Source of the DNA: a virus | Taxonomy: Duplodnaviria > Heunggongvirae > Uroviricota > Caudoviricetes | DNA: 37,745 nucleotides | Reading direction: 5' to 3' (one strand) | Virus record (IMG/VR): IMGVR_UViG_2541047874_000005 | Part shown: piece after piece, positions 1 through 9,258 of the stretch | Position numbering within the stretch: the first letter of the stretch is position 1 | Layout of the letters: every line of letters starts with the position of its first letter | Program-made: the position numbers and the translations under genes | The notes under the pieces: generated by a model | Seen by the model: only the letters and a program-made list of their open reading frames with translations | What the model was told of the DNA's origin: nothing | Databases searched by the model: none

Positions 1-20
1 CACTGTTTATCCATACAGTT
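1..20 (+). promoter_or_regulatory. LexA (SOS) box 1 upstream of dinI-like gene
   Basis: CTGT-N8-ACAG at 3..18 (cactgtttatccatacagtt) matches the E. coli SOS box consensus. Confidence 0.65.
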
Positions 21-28
21 AAAAATAA

Positions 29-48
29 CACTGTATACAAACACAGTA
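29..48 (+). promoter_or_regulatory. LexA (SOS) box 2 upstream of dinI-like gene
   Basis: CTGT-N8-ACAG at 31..46 (ctgtatacaaacacag), 15 nt before the GAGGG RBS and ATG at 62. Confidence 0.65.
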
Positions 49-61
49 TAGAGGGACTTTT

Positions 62-310
62 ATGCGTATTGAAATCTGCATAGCCAAAGAAAAAATGACT
101 AAAATGCCAACCGGTGCTGTGGATGCGTTAAAGGAAGAATTAACCCGACGCATCAGTAAACGTTATGACGATGTAGAGGTGATCGTAAAAGCCACCAGCA
201 ACGATGGCCTTTCTGTTACGCGCACTGCCGATAAAGATTCAGCTAAAACTTTTGTTCAGGAAACTCTGAAAGATACCTGGGAGTCTGCTGACGAGTGGTT
301 TGTTCACTAA
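62..310 (+). CDS. dinI: DinI-family DNA-damage-inducible protein (RecA modulator)
   Basis: 82 aa; MRIE..IAK...LP.GA.DAL..EL.RRI and C-terminal [11 protein letters not shown] match my recollection of E. coli DinI over the full length; RBS GAGGG; preceded by two SOS boxes. Confidence 0.85.
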   Translation: MRIEICIAKEKMTKMPTGAVDALKEELTRRISKRYDDVEVIVKATSNDGLSVTRTADKDSAKTFVQETLKDTWESADEWFVH

Positions 311-377
311 TTAGCACGTAAAATCTGTAACGGCTGGAAATCATTCAATACTCGCACTATCGAAAGTTAACCAGCCA

Positions 378-416
378 GCCGCAGTATCCTATCATGACAA
401 GTTACTGCGGCTTTTT
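378..416 (+). terminator. Rho-independent terminator after dinI-like gene
   Basis: GCCGCAGTA (378..386) pairs with TACTGCGGC (403..411), followed by TTTTT (412..416). Confidence 0.5.
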
Positions 417-427
417 ACTTTTTATAT

Positions 428-715
428 TTAACGGATCAACATCCAGATCAGCAGACACGCCACCACCGGCACAGCAAAATCCATCAGGCTTGCTACATCC
501 CACGCGCGAGGATCAAAACCGCCCCACCACGGCATATTCATACGCTTGCCATGCCCGAACATTTCAATCCAGCGATATTCTGCCTGGGTGTGTTCACGCG
601 CAATGAAGAACGTACAACCGGCTATCGCTCCGTAAGCCCAGTTTCCGGTAAAAAGACCAACCAGAAACTGAGTGGCCACCGCACAAAGTGCATGGAACAC
701 CGGTGTTAAGTCCAT
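428..715 (-). CDS. Small integral membrane protein of unknown function, translationally coupled downstream of the tail fibre gene
   Basis: 95 aa with three hydrophobic segments; GGAGGA RBS 7 nt before ATG at 715, 2 nt after the tail fibre stop. No family recognised. Confidence 0.6.
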   Translation of the reverse strand: MDLTPVFHALCAVATQFLVGLFTGNWAYGAIAGCTFFIAREHTQAEYRWIEMFGHGKRMNMPWWGGFDPRAWDVASLMDFAVPVVACLLIWMLIR

Positions 716-717
716 AA

Positions 718-1233
718 TTATTCCTCCAGTAAATCAACACGGCGGGTAAGTGCGCTGATACTCTCTGTCAGCGCATCCACCTGGCTGACAACAGCACGCA
801 GACACCACCAGAGAAGCTCCTCTTTCCGGAAGCGATAACGGCTTCCTGCTTCGGTTGCAGGGCGAACAAGAACCCTTTCCGCCTGTCGGGTAAGCACACG
901 GGTTGTCCCGCTCAACAGCTCCCCTTCATCCGAATAAATCGCTGGCTGAACCGGAATATCTTCATACTCTTCCGGTATATCTTCGTACTGTGCCTCCTCC
1001 GCTTCCCACGAATCCAGACAAAATGCGCTGTATTTCCGCCAGTCCAGACCGTGTTTCTCCATCACGGCTATCGCGGCCTGGACTGTCGGCCCGGCGTGCA
1101 GACGCGCGTCCTCGCCCTCCTCCTCAATTCTCTGTAACCAGCGCCACACGCCCGGAAGCCGTGCTATTTCTGCAAATGCCGCGTTTTCGGCTGCCGTCGC
1201 ATCGCGCGGTGTATCCTTTAACGTCGCATCCGA
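718..1233 (-). other. Putative peptidase-S74-like autoproteolytic chaperone domain of the tail fibre (last ~171 aa)
   Basis: SDATLK begins at residue 781 (Ser codon TCG at 1233..1231 on minus strand); pattern S-D-x-x-L-K then hydrophobic helix and terminal heptad-like [17 protein letters not shown]. Confidence 0.45.
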
Positions 1234-3573
1234 CACAACGGTCGGCGAGTTGCAGAGATACACGCTCCGGAACGCTTTGTTGGGCGCACCCAGGTCGCTG
1301 GTATTGTTAACCGATGGCCGGAATGCACCGTTAATATCTGTATCCATCTGCATGAATGCAGTGCCGTCACTACGGGCTGCAATTACATAAGCGTCAGCAG
1401 AATCGTCATAAATACCCAGATTCCCGACTGTTGATACCTGGAAAGCTCCCGCCTTCAGCGTGGTGCTGATGGTCATGCGCTTCTGGGTTTCGTCATCCGA
1501 TTTAATATTCACGCCCTGCAGGTATGCCACATTCCAGCGATTTGGCGATGACCCCAGATTCATTGCCTTGTCCTGGTCGGGATGAAATGACGGCGAGACC
1601 GGACTCAATAATACAGACCAGGTTTCACTGCCATCGGTGCAATAAAGCCTTGTGCGTCCCGCCGACTGAGTATCGTTCATTGAGTAAAGGTTAATCCCGC
1701 CACCGCTCAACAAATCCACGTCAGCGCGTATTTCCAGACAATCGTGCACGGCGTTCAGTCGGTGTTTCCACTGAACGTAGCGGCCTGTGTATTCTCCGGT
1801 TCGGAACGCATCCCCGAACAAACGAAAAACAGCAGCAGAAGTGTCTGTATCCGGAGCCTCCTTTCTGACCTCAAATAACGGGCGATGCGAGCGCAGATTC
1901 TGCTCATAGGCTGCCACCTGGAAGTCTTCATTGGGTGACAGGGCAATATTTACAGCATTGGGACTCAGAAAAAGGCTGGCATGGCTGTCAGGAAACGCCA
2001 CGCCGGAGTCCACCAGATAGCCTGTGCCGTCGTAAGCCTCCACGGAAACCACAGCTTTGCTGCGTTTTGTCGCCACGCCACACGTATAAGACTTCGTGGC
2101 ATCATATTTCGTTGCAGCCGCCGTTCCATATGCTGTAGGCGTCCAGTAAGATGGATTCACCGGGGAACGGCCAGAAAAATTTGTTGCACGTGCTGCAAAG
2201 TATGCCCCCTCAAAAGAAACCACATCGGCTGTCTGACACCAGAAATCCATATCGAGCAGATACAGTTTTCCGTTATGGAGAGCCAGCCCTTCGGCTTCCT
2301 GCAAAACGGGATACCCCAGCTCTGCATTCCCCAGCATTTTCTGGCGGCCATACCTGGCACGAACGCCATCCACATTGAACTGTCTGACAACTTCGCCCGT
2401 TGACAGGTTATATACAACAATGCGGTGAGTCAGAAATACGCCTGTATAACCGTAATAAGCAAACAGATAATGACCATCGCTGGCCATCCCCTGAAATGCC
2501 TGCGACACCATTGGCTGAGTGGACAGATAAATCCGGTGTTTAAACGTCAGAGAGGCGCGATCGAAAACATAAACTGTGCGGCGATCATCCCTGTTGTAAT
2601 GAAGATGAACTGCTTCATTACTTGACTGAACAATCAACAGGCTTCCGTCTGCCGACAATGCCACCGTTATAATTTCATCCCCGGTAAAAAAGTCAGAGGT
2701 GAAAATCTCCGTACGGGTGACATCTGTCAGACTGGTGTCAGCCCCATTCCAGTTGATGATATTCACACCCTTGCCGTCAGCGGTCGGGGTATACAGCATC
2801 ACGCGACCGTCTTCACATACAGCCCCGATACTCTGGTGACCAATATCAGCGAAAACGGGAGAAAACGAAATGACCGTCGGGTTTTCGTTTTCTCCGTCAG
2901 GGTTAAATGTCGTTTCAACAATCCTTACGCCACCCGATACAGGCTGATGCAGAAACATTCTGGTTCCCTGCGGCGTATCACAGATACAGAACCCCTGGCT
3001 CATATTATCCGCGCCGTCAAAAATACCGGCGTAGTCGATATCATGAATTACTTTATGCTGGAGGGCGTCGTAATCAATGATGTCGCGGCGCAGAGAAATA
3101 TCCGCCGATCCATCAAACTCAACACCGTCAATCCTGACTGGCGTCTTAAGCTTTGATGCGGTAGCTGCGTTACCGTCCAGTTCACCAGCAACACCACCAT
3201 TGAAACTCTGCCTGCCGCTCCACGTATTTTCTGTGCTTAATAGTGGGATCTTTTCACCGCTGCTTCCTGTCTCTCTTAAACCAAGATTTTCGAGAGCAGT
3301 TTTCACTGTGCCATCCAATTTGATGTCGCCAAACGGATTCTTGCGGCTTAACAGCAGCGAACGAAGCGCGGTAAGCAGCTGGTCATGCCGCCCCTTCTCC
3401 AGGCTGGCACCGGATGCTTCCACAACACTGCAAAGCTCTTCCTGCAACATGTCAAAGTAGTCATCATCCAGATCGGTGGCAGGCGTACCGGTCTGGGGGT
3501 TGCCACGGGTAAAACCGTTCTTACCCGCGCCGAACTTATCCTTCTGCGCGGTTTTCGTGTCTATACGATGCAT
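718..3573 (-). CDS. Tail fibre / receptor-binding protein with C-terminal S74-like intramolecular chaperone domain
   Basis: 951 aa; N-terminus [26 protein letters not shown]...[12 protein letters not shown] is the conserved phage tail-fibre N-terminal anchor; sits after the gp48-like gene as in Mu; C-terminus has SDATLK (Ser/Lys dyad spacing), [17 protein letters not shown] and a terminal coiled coil. Confidence 0.85.
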   Translation of the reverse strand: MHRIDTKTAQKDKFGAGKNGFTRGNPQTGTPATDLDDDYFDMLQEELCSVVEASGASLEKGRHDQLLTALRSLLLSRKNPFGDIKLDGTVKTALENLGLRETGSSGEKIPLLSTENTWSGRQSFNGGVAGELDGNAATASKLKTPVRIDGVEFDGSADISLRRDIIDYDALQHKVIHDIDYAGIFDGADNMSQGFCICDTPQGTRMFLHQPVSGGVRIVETTFNPDGENENPTVISFSPVFADIGHQSIGAVCEDGRVMLYTPTADGKGVNIINWNGADTSLTDVTRTEIFTSDFFTGDEIITVALSADGSLLIVQSSNEAVHLHYNRDDRRTVYVFDRASLTFKHRIYLSTQPMVSQAFQGMASDGHYLFAYYGYTGVFLTHRIVVYNLSTGEVVRQFNVDGVRARYGRQKMLGNAELGYPVLQEAEGLALHNGKLYLLDMDFWCQTADVVSFEGAYFAARATNFSGRSPVNPSYWTPTAYGTAAATKYDATKSYTCGVATKRSKAVVSVEAYDGTGYLVDSGVAFPDSHASLFLSPNAVNIALSPNEDFQVAAYEQNLRSHRPLFEVRKEAPDTDTSAAVFRLFGDAFRTGEYTGRYVQWKHRLNAVHDCLEIRADVDLLSGGGINLYSMNDTQSAGRTRLYCTDGSETWSVLLSPVSPSFHPDQDKAMNLGSSPNRWNVAYLQGVNIKSDDETQKRMTISTTLKAGAFQVSTVGNLGIYDDSADAYVIAARSDGTAFMQMDTDINGAFRPSVNNTSDLGAPNKAFRSVYLCNSPTVVSDATLKDTPRDATAAENAAFAEIARLPGVWRWLQRIEEEGEDARLHAGPTVQAAIAVMEKHGLDWRKYSAFCLDSWEAEEAQYEDIPEEYEDIPVQPAIYSDEGELLSGTTRVLTRQAERVLVRPATEAGSRYRFRKEELLWWCLRAVVSQVDALTESISALTRRVDLLEE

Positions 3574-3576
3574 GGA

Positions 3577-4161
3577 TTACTCCGGATATTTAAAAATTAC
3601 GTAGGTATGCGACGGGCAGAGTTTGTTAAGCACGCACTCGACAACGGTGTCGCCCCAGATACGCAATGTGGAATTACAGGGATCACCACATGTCATCCAG
3701 GTGGTGTTGGTGGCGGCTGGCATGTTGACCTGCCAGTAATACCGCCATTCCGGCGCATTCACCGCGTCAGTACAGGCAGATGAGCAGGTGAAAGTGCTTT
3801 TGTCGTATCGCGTGATGGTAGCGTCTGGTCTGCCCAGGGCAGCAAGCTGTGCAAGGTAAAAATCCTCATTGATGCCGCCCGCCAGGTTAACCTTCGCATC
3901 CAGTCGTTGCTGACGCTGGCGAAGGGTCTGTGTCCCTGCGGGAATACATTCATCCGGCAGGCCGCACAGACGCTCCCAGCGATTTATCAGTTCGGTGGTG
4001 GTGCGCGGATCCAGCTCCCGCATCAGGGCATCCGCACGCTGATGAACGCGGGTTAATGACGGTGCCGCACCGGCAATCGCCGGATCGCTAGCTGACCACG
4101 CCGGACCGGGCGGCAACAGTGCCGATAACAGGCGGATGTAATCATCGTTTGTCACGTCCAT
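3577..4161 (-). CDS. Mu gp48-like baseplate/tail protein (DUF2313, YmfQ-like)
   Basis: 194 aa; position between J-like baseplate gene and tail fibre matches Mu gp48 / e14 YmfQ; Cys-rich C-terminus. Confidence 0.65.
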   Translation of the reverse strand: MDVTNDDYIRLLSALLPPGPAWSASDPAIAGAAPSLTRVHQRADALMRELDPRTTTELINRWERLCGLPDECIPAGTQTLRQRQQRLDAKVNLAGGINEDFYLAQLAALGRPDATITRYDKSTFTCSSACTDAVNAPEWRYYWQVNMPAATNTTWMTCGDPCNSTLRIWGDTVVECVLNKLCPSHTYVIFKYPE

Positions 4162-5210
4162 GAAATCGTCCCCAGAACCGCCAGCTCATTTTTCGCAATG
4201 GAGATATTGTCCACCGGTGCAAACAACTGATGGCTGTATTCCCCGTTCGCACCGGAAATCGCCTCACTGATACGCGATACCTTCAGTTCTCCCTGCGGAT
4301 AACCATCACGCAGCAGGAACGAACGCAACTCTGCGGTAATGGCAGCCCGTATTTCTGGTGTGTCCGGCGTCACGCGGATATGAAAATCCACCGTATGTGC
4401 CACCGGCCTGAATACATACAAATCAGAGCCTGCCACCGGGGCCAGTGGCTCAATGTGTTGTCTTGCCGCCGTTTCCGTTGATTCTTCCGGAATGGGATTA
4501 ATCAGGTCACTGCTGGCAATCATCACACCGACAGTTCCCGTTCCCATCCAGTGACGGTATGTCCATGCGCGGGTAATGCCTGGCACTTCTTTAGCCCAGA
4601 CAACATAGTCCCCGTCAGCCCCGCCCTGAGGCGTCCAGTAATACCGCTCAATGACGCGGGCGCGCCACGTTTCCAGCTCTTCAGTATCAAATCCACCTGT
4701 CAGGGTATCTGCCACGCCAGAAGACGGCAGACCATTAACCGGCGTGACCAGGATTAATGACGTACCGTCGTCAGCGTTACCGACCGCGCCTGCACTTGAG
4801 CAGGCGATCGGCACGCGCAGGACACCACCGGAGCTGGTTGCATCGGCAGTTGCCGTGTACTGAACCAGGTCATCGCGCTGAATAACACTCCCGGCAGTCA
4901 CCTTCAGGCCATCGCTGACACCTTCCCAGCGCATATACCCGCTGGCAGCCGTGCCCCCCTTGCGCGGACACCGTTTCATCGCAGCATGTCGCGCCAGCCA
5001 GGACTCATCGCACAGGTCAGGCAGCATGTTCATTGCCAGATAATCGATGTACCCGTAAACCGTATGCAGCGCCGCCGCATACACCTTTGCCCGCACGTCT
5101 TCATCCATGCGCCGGAGCGTGTCGCTGACGTCCAGCCTGGCGAATAAATCGTTACGGAGCATACTGATATTTTCTGCCAGCGTCGGGCGCTGAAATTCAC
5201 TGTCCGCCAT
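4152..5210 (-). CDS. Baseplate J-like protein (Mu gp47-like)
   Basis: 352 aa; size and position in the gp45-46-47-48 order of Mu-type baseplates. Confidence 0.75.
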   Translation of the reverse strand: MADSEFQRPTLAENISMLRNDLFARLDVSDTLRRMDEDVRAKVYAAALHTVYGYIDYLAMNMLPDLCDESWLARHAAMKRCPRKGGTAASGYMRWEGVSDGLKVTAGSVIQRDDLVQYTATADATSSGGVLRVPIACSSAGAVGNADDGTSLILVTPVNGLPSSGVADTLTGGFDTEELETWRARVIERYYWTPQGGADGDYVVWAKEVPGITRAWTYRHWMGTGTVGVMIASSDLINPIPEESTETAARQHIEPLAPVAGSDLYVFRPVAHTVDFHIRVTPDTPEIRAAITAELRSFLLRDGYPQGELKVSRISEAISGANGEYSHQLFAPVDNISIAKNELAVLGTISWT

Positions 5211-5625
5211 GCGTTATCGCACTCCACAGATCATCAAAAGAAATCATTATCGGTCCGTCACGACGCCAGAGGGTGATACTGTTACCCAGCTCATTAATCC
5301 CGGTGCGGCGGATATCCAGATCAATACGGGACACCACGCCGTCATCAATCATCCATTGCAGGCATTCGCGGATATACCCCCTTACCGTCTGCACCAACTG
5401 ATTGGTCAGTTTGCTGCGCTGAAGCAGCCACAGCCGGGAGCCGTAACGGTCATTCTGTACCGCAGGCCAGGTATCCCCCCACCATCCCATCGGGACGTCG
5501 GCATTGTCATCAGGCTCCGCCCGCCGCCAGGTAAAAAGGGAAATCACCACGGCGCGGGTCAGCGGATCCAGCGGTGCGCTGGCGCAGGTGCGTTTACCGT
5601 TCACCGTCAGCCACAGTTCCATCAT
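5197..5625 (-). CDS. Mu gp46-like baseplate protein
   Basis: 142 aa; position between V-like spike and J-like protein; overlapping start/stop with neighbours. Confidence 0.6.
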   Translation of the reverse strand: MMELWLTVNGKRTCASAPLDPLTRAVVISLFTWRRAEPDDNADVPMGWWGDTWPAVQNDRYGSRLWLLQRSKLTNQLVQTVRGYIRECLQWMIDDGVVSRIDLDIRRTGINELGNSITLWRRDGPIMISFDDLWSAITHGGQ

Positions 5626-6170
5626 GCCTCCATCGCTTTATCAGGTTTGTCGGTGTTACTGCCCTGACCGTTTTCTCTGTGACGATGCTCGTTATAGGCA
5701 AGCCGCATCGCTGACATGGTGGTGCCGCCGGAGTCGCACAGGTCTTTCACCTGTCCTGTCACTTCCAGGTCCATTTCAAAACGTGCCTTAGGCGCATTGC
5801 GAAACGTGATCGTTTTACCTGCACCGTCCACCACGATCCCCTCCCGGGTCAGCGTCACGGACTGCCCCTGATCGTCATAGACAGCCACCTCCCCCGTTTG
5901 CAGCCCTTTCAGGCGGTAGCGACGGTCCGACACCGTAACAACCACCGCATGAGAACGGTCGCCATCCGGAAACAACACCACCGCTTCCGCACCGCTGTTT
6001 GCCCTTGCGGTAAAACCGTAGGGTTCAAGATGTTCAACCCCGGCTTTGGGTTCACCGGCAATCAGGGACACATCCACGGTCTGACATTTCGTGGCGGCAC
6101 TGATGCTTTTCACTACGGCCCGCCCAATCAGGCCGAGGAGTTGTCGCTGCATGGCTTCAATCGCCCTCAT
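5622..6170 (-). CDS. Baseplate assembly protein V-like / Mu gp45-like spike
   Basis: 182 aa; size and position after the gpP-like hub gene. Confidence 0.65.
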   Translation of the reverse strand: MRAIEAMQRQLLGLIGRAVVKSISAATKCQTVDVSLIAGEPKAGVEHLEPYGFTARANSGAEAVVLFPDGDRSHAVVVTVSDRRYRLKGLQTGEVAVYDDQGQSVTLTREGIVVDGAGKTITFRNAPKARFEMDLEVTGQVKDLCDSGGTTMSAMRLAYNEHRHRENGQGSNTDKPDKAMEA

Positions 6171-7249
6171 CAGAACGGGTCCTCCTGTACTCTGGCTTTT
6201 TTCTTTTTCCGCGCGCCGGGGTCTTCGGGTTCAGGCAGATAAGCATCAGGCGGGCCGACACGGATTTCCGTCAGGGTGCCGTTCTGATCCTGAGTAAACG
6301 TGACTTCCGAGACAAGCAGTTCGGTATTGTCAAAACCACAGACCGGATCAAAGACAATCACCCGCTGGTTGGGCTGCCACAGCGTACCGTTACCCTGTCG
6401 CCAGCCCTGCACCACATAGGTGGTTTCATCCGTCCGCGCCGCCCGTTGTCGGGCTTCAAAGTCAGCACGCGCAATACAGCCTGCCCCCGTAGCCTGCCCT
6501 GTCTGCCTGATATACATCGGACGGTAACGGGCAATAAATGCGTCCTCTGTGCGGGCCCGCAGCGCGGTGGTGGTGGCCTCACCGAAATCATCGTCGTTTC
6601 CGGCACGCTGCCCCGCCACCTGGTAAACAGAAAACCGCTCCCGGATACTCTTCTCCGTATCACAGGAAAGGATATTTTCCCCAAGTACCAGCGCGGTATG
6701 TGCCCGCGTTGAGCCAATACCGCCAATCACCAGCCTGCCGTGCGGGTCGTCGTAAGCCAGTGTCTGCTGCTGACCGAGTATTTTGTTGATCACCTCAATC
6801 ACCGTTTCGCCGTGATCAGGCTGGACATCAGGAATAGCACCCGACGGCGCACCATTGTTCACCACCTCAATGCCGAAAGGCGCAGCAAGCGCCTGCGCAA
6901 TCTGTACCAGCGATCGTCCGTTAAACTGTGTCGGTTCAGCTGCACAGTCAATCAGGTCAGCGGTCAGACTACGTCCGGCAATACCGGTGCTGACCGAACG
7001 GGCATCGTAACGAACGGGGGTCGCCTCCACCCAGCCAGTGATCACCAGCTCATCACCAATCAGCACTTCCACTTTTGAACCGTTTTTAATGCGCGGCTGA
7101 AGCGTGGTGATACCCTCATCTCCCGGCCACTGGCGGGTGATCTCCACACTGAAATCCCGCGCCAGCCGTTCAATACCGGCACCGATGCGCACCGATGTCC
7201 AGCCATTCCACTCCCGGCCATTTACCCGTAGCGTGACATTGTCGTTCAT
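6170..7249 (-). CDS. Mu gpP-like (late control D-like) baseplate hub / tail protein
   Basis: 359 aa; follows the DNA-circulation (gpN-like) gene as in Mu; C-terminal lysine-rich tail. Confidence 0.7.
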   Translation of the reverse strand: MNDNVTLRVNGREWNGWTSVRIGAGIERLARDFSVEITRQWPGDEGITTLQPRIKNGSKVEVLIGDELVITGWVEATPVRYDARSVSTGIAGRSLTADLIDCAAEPTQFNGRSLVQIAQALAAPFGIEVVNNGAPSGAIPDVQPDHGETVIEVINKILGQQQTLAYDDPHGRLVIGGIGSTRAHTALVLGENILSCDTEKSIRERFSVYQVAGQRAGNDDDFGEATTTALRARTEDAFIARYRPMYIRQTGQATGAGCIARADFEARQRAARTDETTYVVQGWRQGNGTLWQPNQRVIVFDPVCGFDNTELLVSEVTFTQDQNGTLTEIRVGPPDAYLPEPEDPGARKKKKARVQEDPF

Positions 7250-8574
7250 TGCACTGGCACCTTCAGAGGGATCACCGGCACAAAGCCGGGATGCGTAATG
7301 GCATTACGCCGGATAATGTCCGCGTCACGCGCCGCGTTATCAAACCAGGTCGCCGCCAGCACCAGCGCGGGTAAAACCTCATCCGGCGTGCGCTGAATGA
7401 TCCGTGCAGACTGTTCAAGGCGCGTGTTGATATCCGCATTCAGATCTGCTTTCACCCGGCGCAGCGCCAGAAACAGCGCATCACTGGTTGTACGGGACAA
7501 CTCCTTATCAATTGCCGTATTCAGTGTGTCGCGAATGTCAGTCAGTTCTTCCCACGTTGGCAGATCAACCGTGTTTTTCACCGCCGGTGCATTGTTCAGT
7601 GCCGGATGCGTAACGGAAGGCCAGCCGGTGCTCTGCGCGGGTGTTGTTGACTGCCCCACTGCGGCATTCTGCATCACCGCGGAAGTTGTTGGCGCAGGCA
7701 ATCGGGTTACGGCATACGCCGCTTCGCTGATTGCGGTCGTACGAAGGGTGCTGGCAACCACGTTACGCTGCTGCGTCGCCGTAGCGGTGGTTTTACTGTC
7801 CGTTTTCCAGACGCCGCGCGGTTGCAGATCGCTGCCGAGGCTGACACCGGAAAGCGTTTTGATCATGGTGACCAGGTCGCTGGCGTTACCATAAAGGCGT
7901 TTCCCGGTACGCCACATTTTCTGCACCTGCTCAACGAAATTTTTGCCTGACGATGGCGGCGGCAGAAGTACCGAGATATCCCCCTGCAACAGCCTGGCGG
8001 CATCCGATACGGCAGAATCCACCACTTTCATCGCATCAGAAACATACCCCAGCATTGTGCTGGCATTACCAACGACGTCGTTCTGCACAAAATCCGCCAC
8101 GCTATCGATACTGAAACCGCTGAAGCTGTCACTGATGCAGTCATCCAGTGCAGAACAGGATGACATCAGCGTCTGCGCCGTCGCCGCACCTGATGTGGGG
8201 TAAGAGAGTTCTCCTGCTTCGACAAACTTCAGGTCAAAGCGGACAATACGCCCTTCACTTTTCGATGTGCTGACCCGAACTTCCCCGTCAACACAGACTT
8301 TCAGCTCACCGTATGTCGGATGGACAAGCGTGCCGGGACCGGGTTTATTCAGCGCGTCAATCAGGCGATCACGCTGGTCAAAGCAGTCATCTCCCACCAC
8401 ATAAGCTGTGATGGACGGGCGGAAAGTGACTTTTCCCAGGTCTTCGGTATAGGGCTTGTCGCGGTTCGGGTATTCGTGTGTTTCCACACGGCGACCAGTT
8501 CCCGCACTTTCTTCTTCAACCTTAAACGGTACGCCGCGAAATGACGCATCCTGAAGCCTGTCTTTCCACGTCAT
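7246..8574 (-). CDS. Mu gpN-like DNA circulation protein (tail/baseplate)
   Basis: 442 aa; N-terminus MTWKDRLQDASFRGVPFKVEEE...THEYPNRDKPYTEDLG resembles the Mu N family N-terminal domain; first gene after tape measure in Mu-type tails. Confidence 0.75.
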   Translation of the reverse strand: MTWKDRLQDASFRGVPFKVEEESAGTGRRVETHEYPNRDKPYTEDLGKVTFRPSITAYVVGDDCFDQRDRLIDALNKPGPGTLVHPTYGELKVCVDGEVRVSTSKSEGRIVRFDLKFVEAGELSYPTSGAATAQTLMSSCSALDDCISDSFSGFSIDSVADFVQNDVVGNASTMLGYVSDAMKVVDSAVSDAARLLQGDISVLLPPPSSGKNFVEQVQKMWRTGKRLYGNASDLVTMIKTLSGVSLGSDLQPRGVWKTDSKTTATATQQRNVVASTLRTTAISEAAYAVTRLPAPTTSAVMQNAAVGQSTTPAQSTGWPSVTHPALNNAPAVKNTVDLPTWEELTDIRDTLNTAIDKELSRTTSDALFLALRRVKADLNADINTRLEQSARIIQRTPDEVLPALVLAATWFDNAARDADIIRRNAITHPGFVPVIPLKVPVQ

Positions 8575-8585
8575 ATAAACTCCGG

Positions 8586-8642
8586 ATACAAAAAACCCGC
8601 CAAATCTGCTTTGTCAGTTATTTACATCGCAGAAGATGTGGC
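8586..8642 (-). terminator. Rho-independent terminator after the moron gene
   Basis: On minus strand: CCCGCCAcATCtTCTGC ... GCAGATtTGGCGGG imperfect hairpin followed by TTTTTT. Confidence 0.5.
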
Positions 8643-8664
8643 GGGAATTTAATATTTTTAATTA

Positions 8665-9159
8665 CTATCTGAGTTGAACATCAATGGAATAAATATCACC
8701 ACTCTTTATAAATTTAGAATCTGTCCTTTCATCAAAAGATTCAAATGACTGTACCTTTAAAAACTTTTTCATTTTATTTTCAAAAATACTTTCATTAACA
8801 CCAGTTAAATACTTGAATGCTCTACCAGCAAGGACCTCATTACTTAAATCCATTGTGTTTTTATTGTCTTTGAAAAACCAAACAATAACCTTTTGTGGGC
8901 ATGATGGATTATAAACAGATATATAAAACTGCGGCTCATATTTTTCATCAGCGTCATCACTAAGCATTTCTTCAGAAGATAATTCCCTTCTGAATTCATA
9001 TTGCCGCTTAGTTATTCCTTCATCCTTTATTATCTCTTGCTTAACTGGTGCAATACCTATAGAAGAGATTAATTCTGACTCATTAAAGCTGAACTTACAC
9101 TCTTCCGCAGCCAAGTTAAAAGATAAAAGTGCAGATATAAAAAAAACAAAGATACGCAT
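8665..9159 (-). CDS. AT-rich moron: predicted secreted/periplasmic protein of unknown function
   Basis: About 164 aa from the ATG at 9159 (ORF track extends to 9177); AGGGA RBS; N-terminal signal peptide MRIFVFFISALLSFNLAAEE; markedly AT-rich compared with flanking tail genes; own terminator; TATAAT about 30 nt upstream. Confidence 0.7.
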   Translation of the reverse strand: MRIFVFFISALLSFNLAAEECKFSFNESELISSIGIAPVKQEIIKDEGITKRQYEFRRELSSEEMLSDDADEKYEPQFYISVYNPSCPQKVIVWFFKDNKNTMDLSNEVLAGRAFKYLTGVNESIFENKMKKFLKVQSFESFDERTDSKFIKSGDIYSIDVQLR

Positions 9160-9258
9160 AATCATCCCTTCAATCATTTGTAAGGAATGATTATATTAAC
9201 TACTTAAAGCTGAAAACCCAAATTATGCCAGACAAAAACACATTAATCATTTTGTGCA

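Noticed and set aside
903-3460. Multiple + strand ORFs (135, 140, 106, 127 aa and others)
   Set aside because: All antisense within the 951-aa tail fibre gene; no independent signals.
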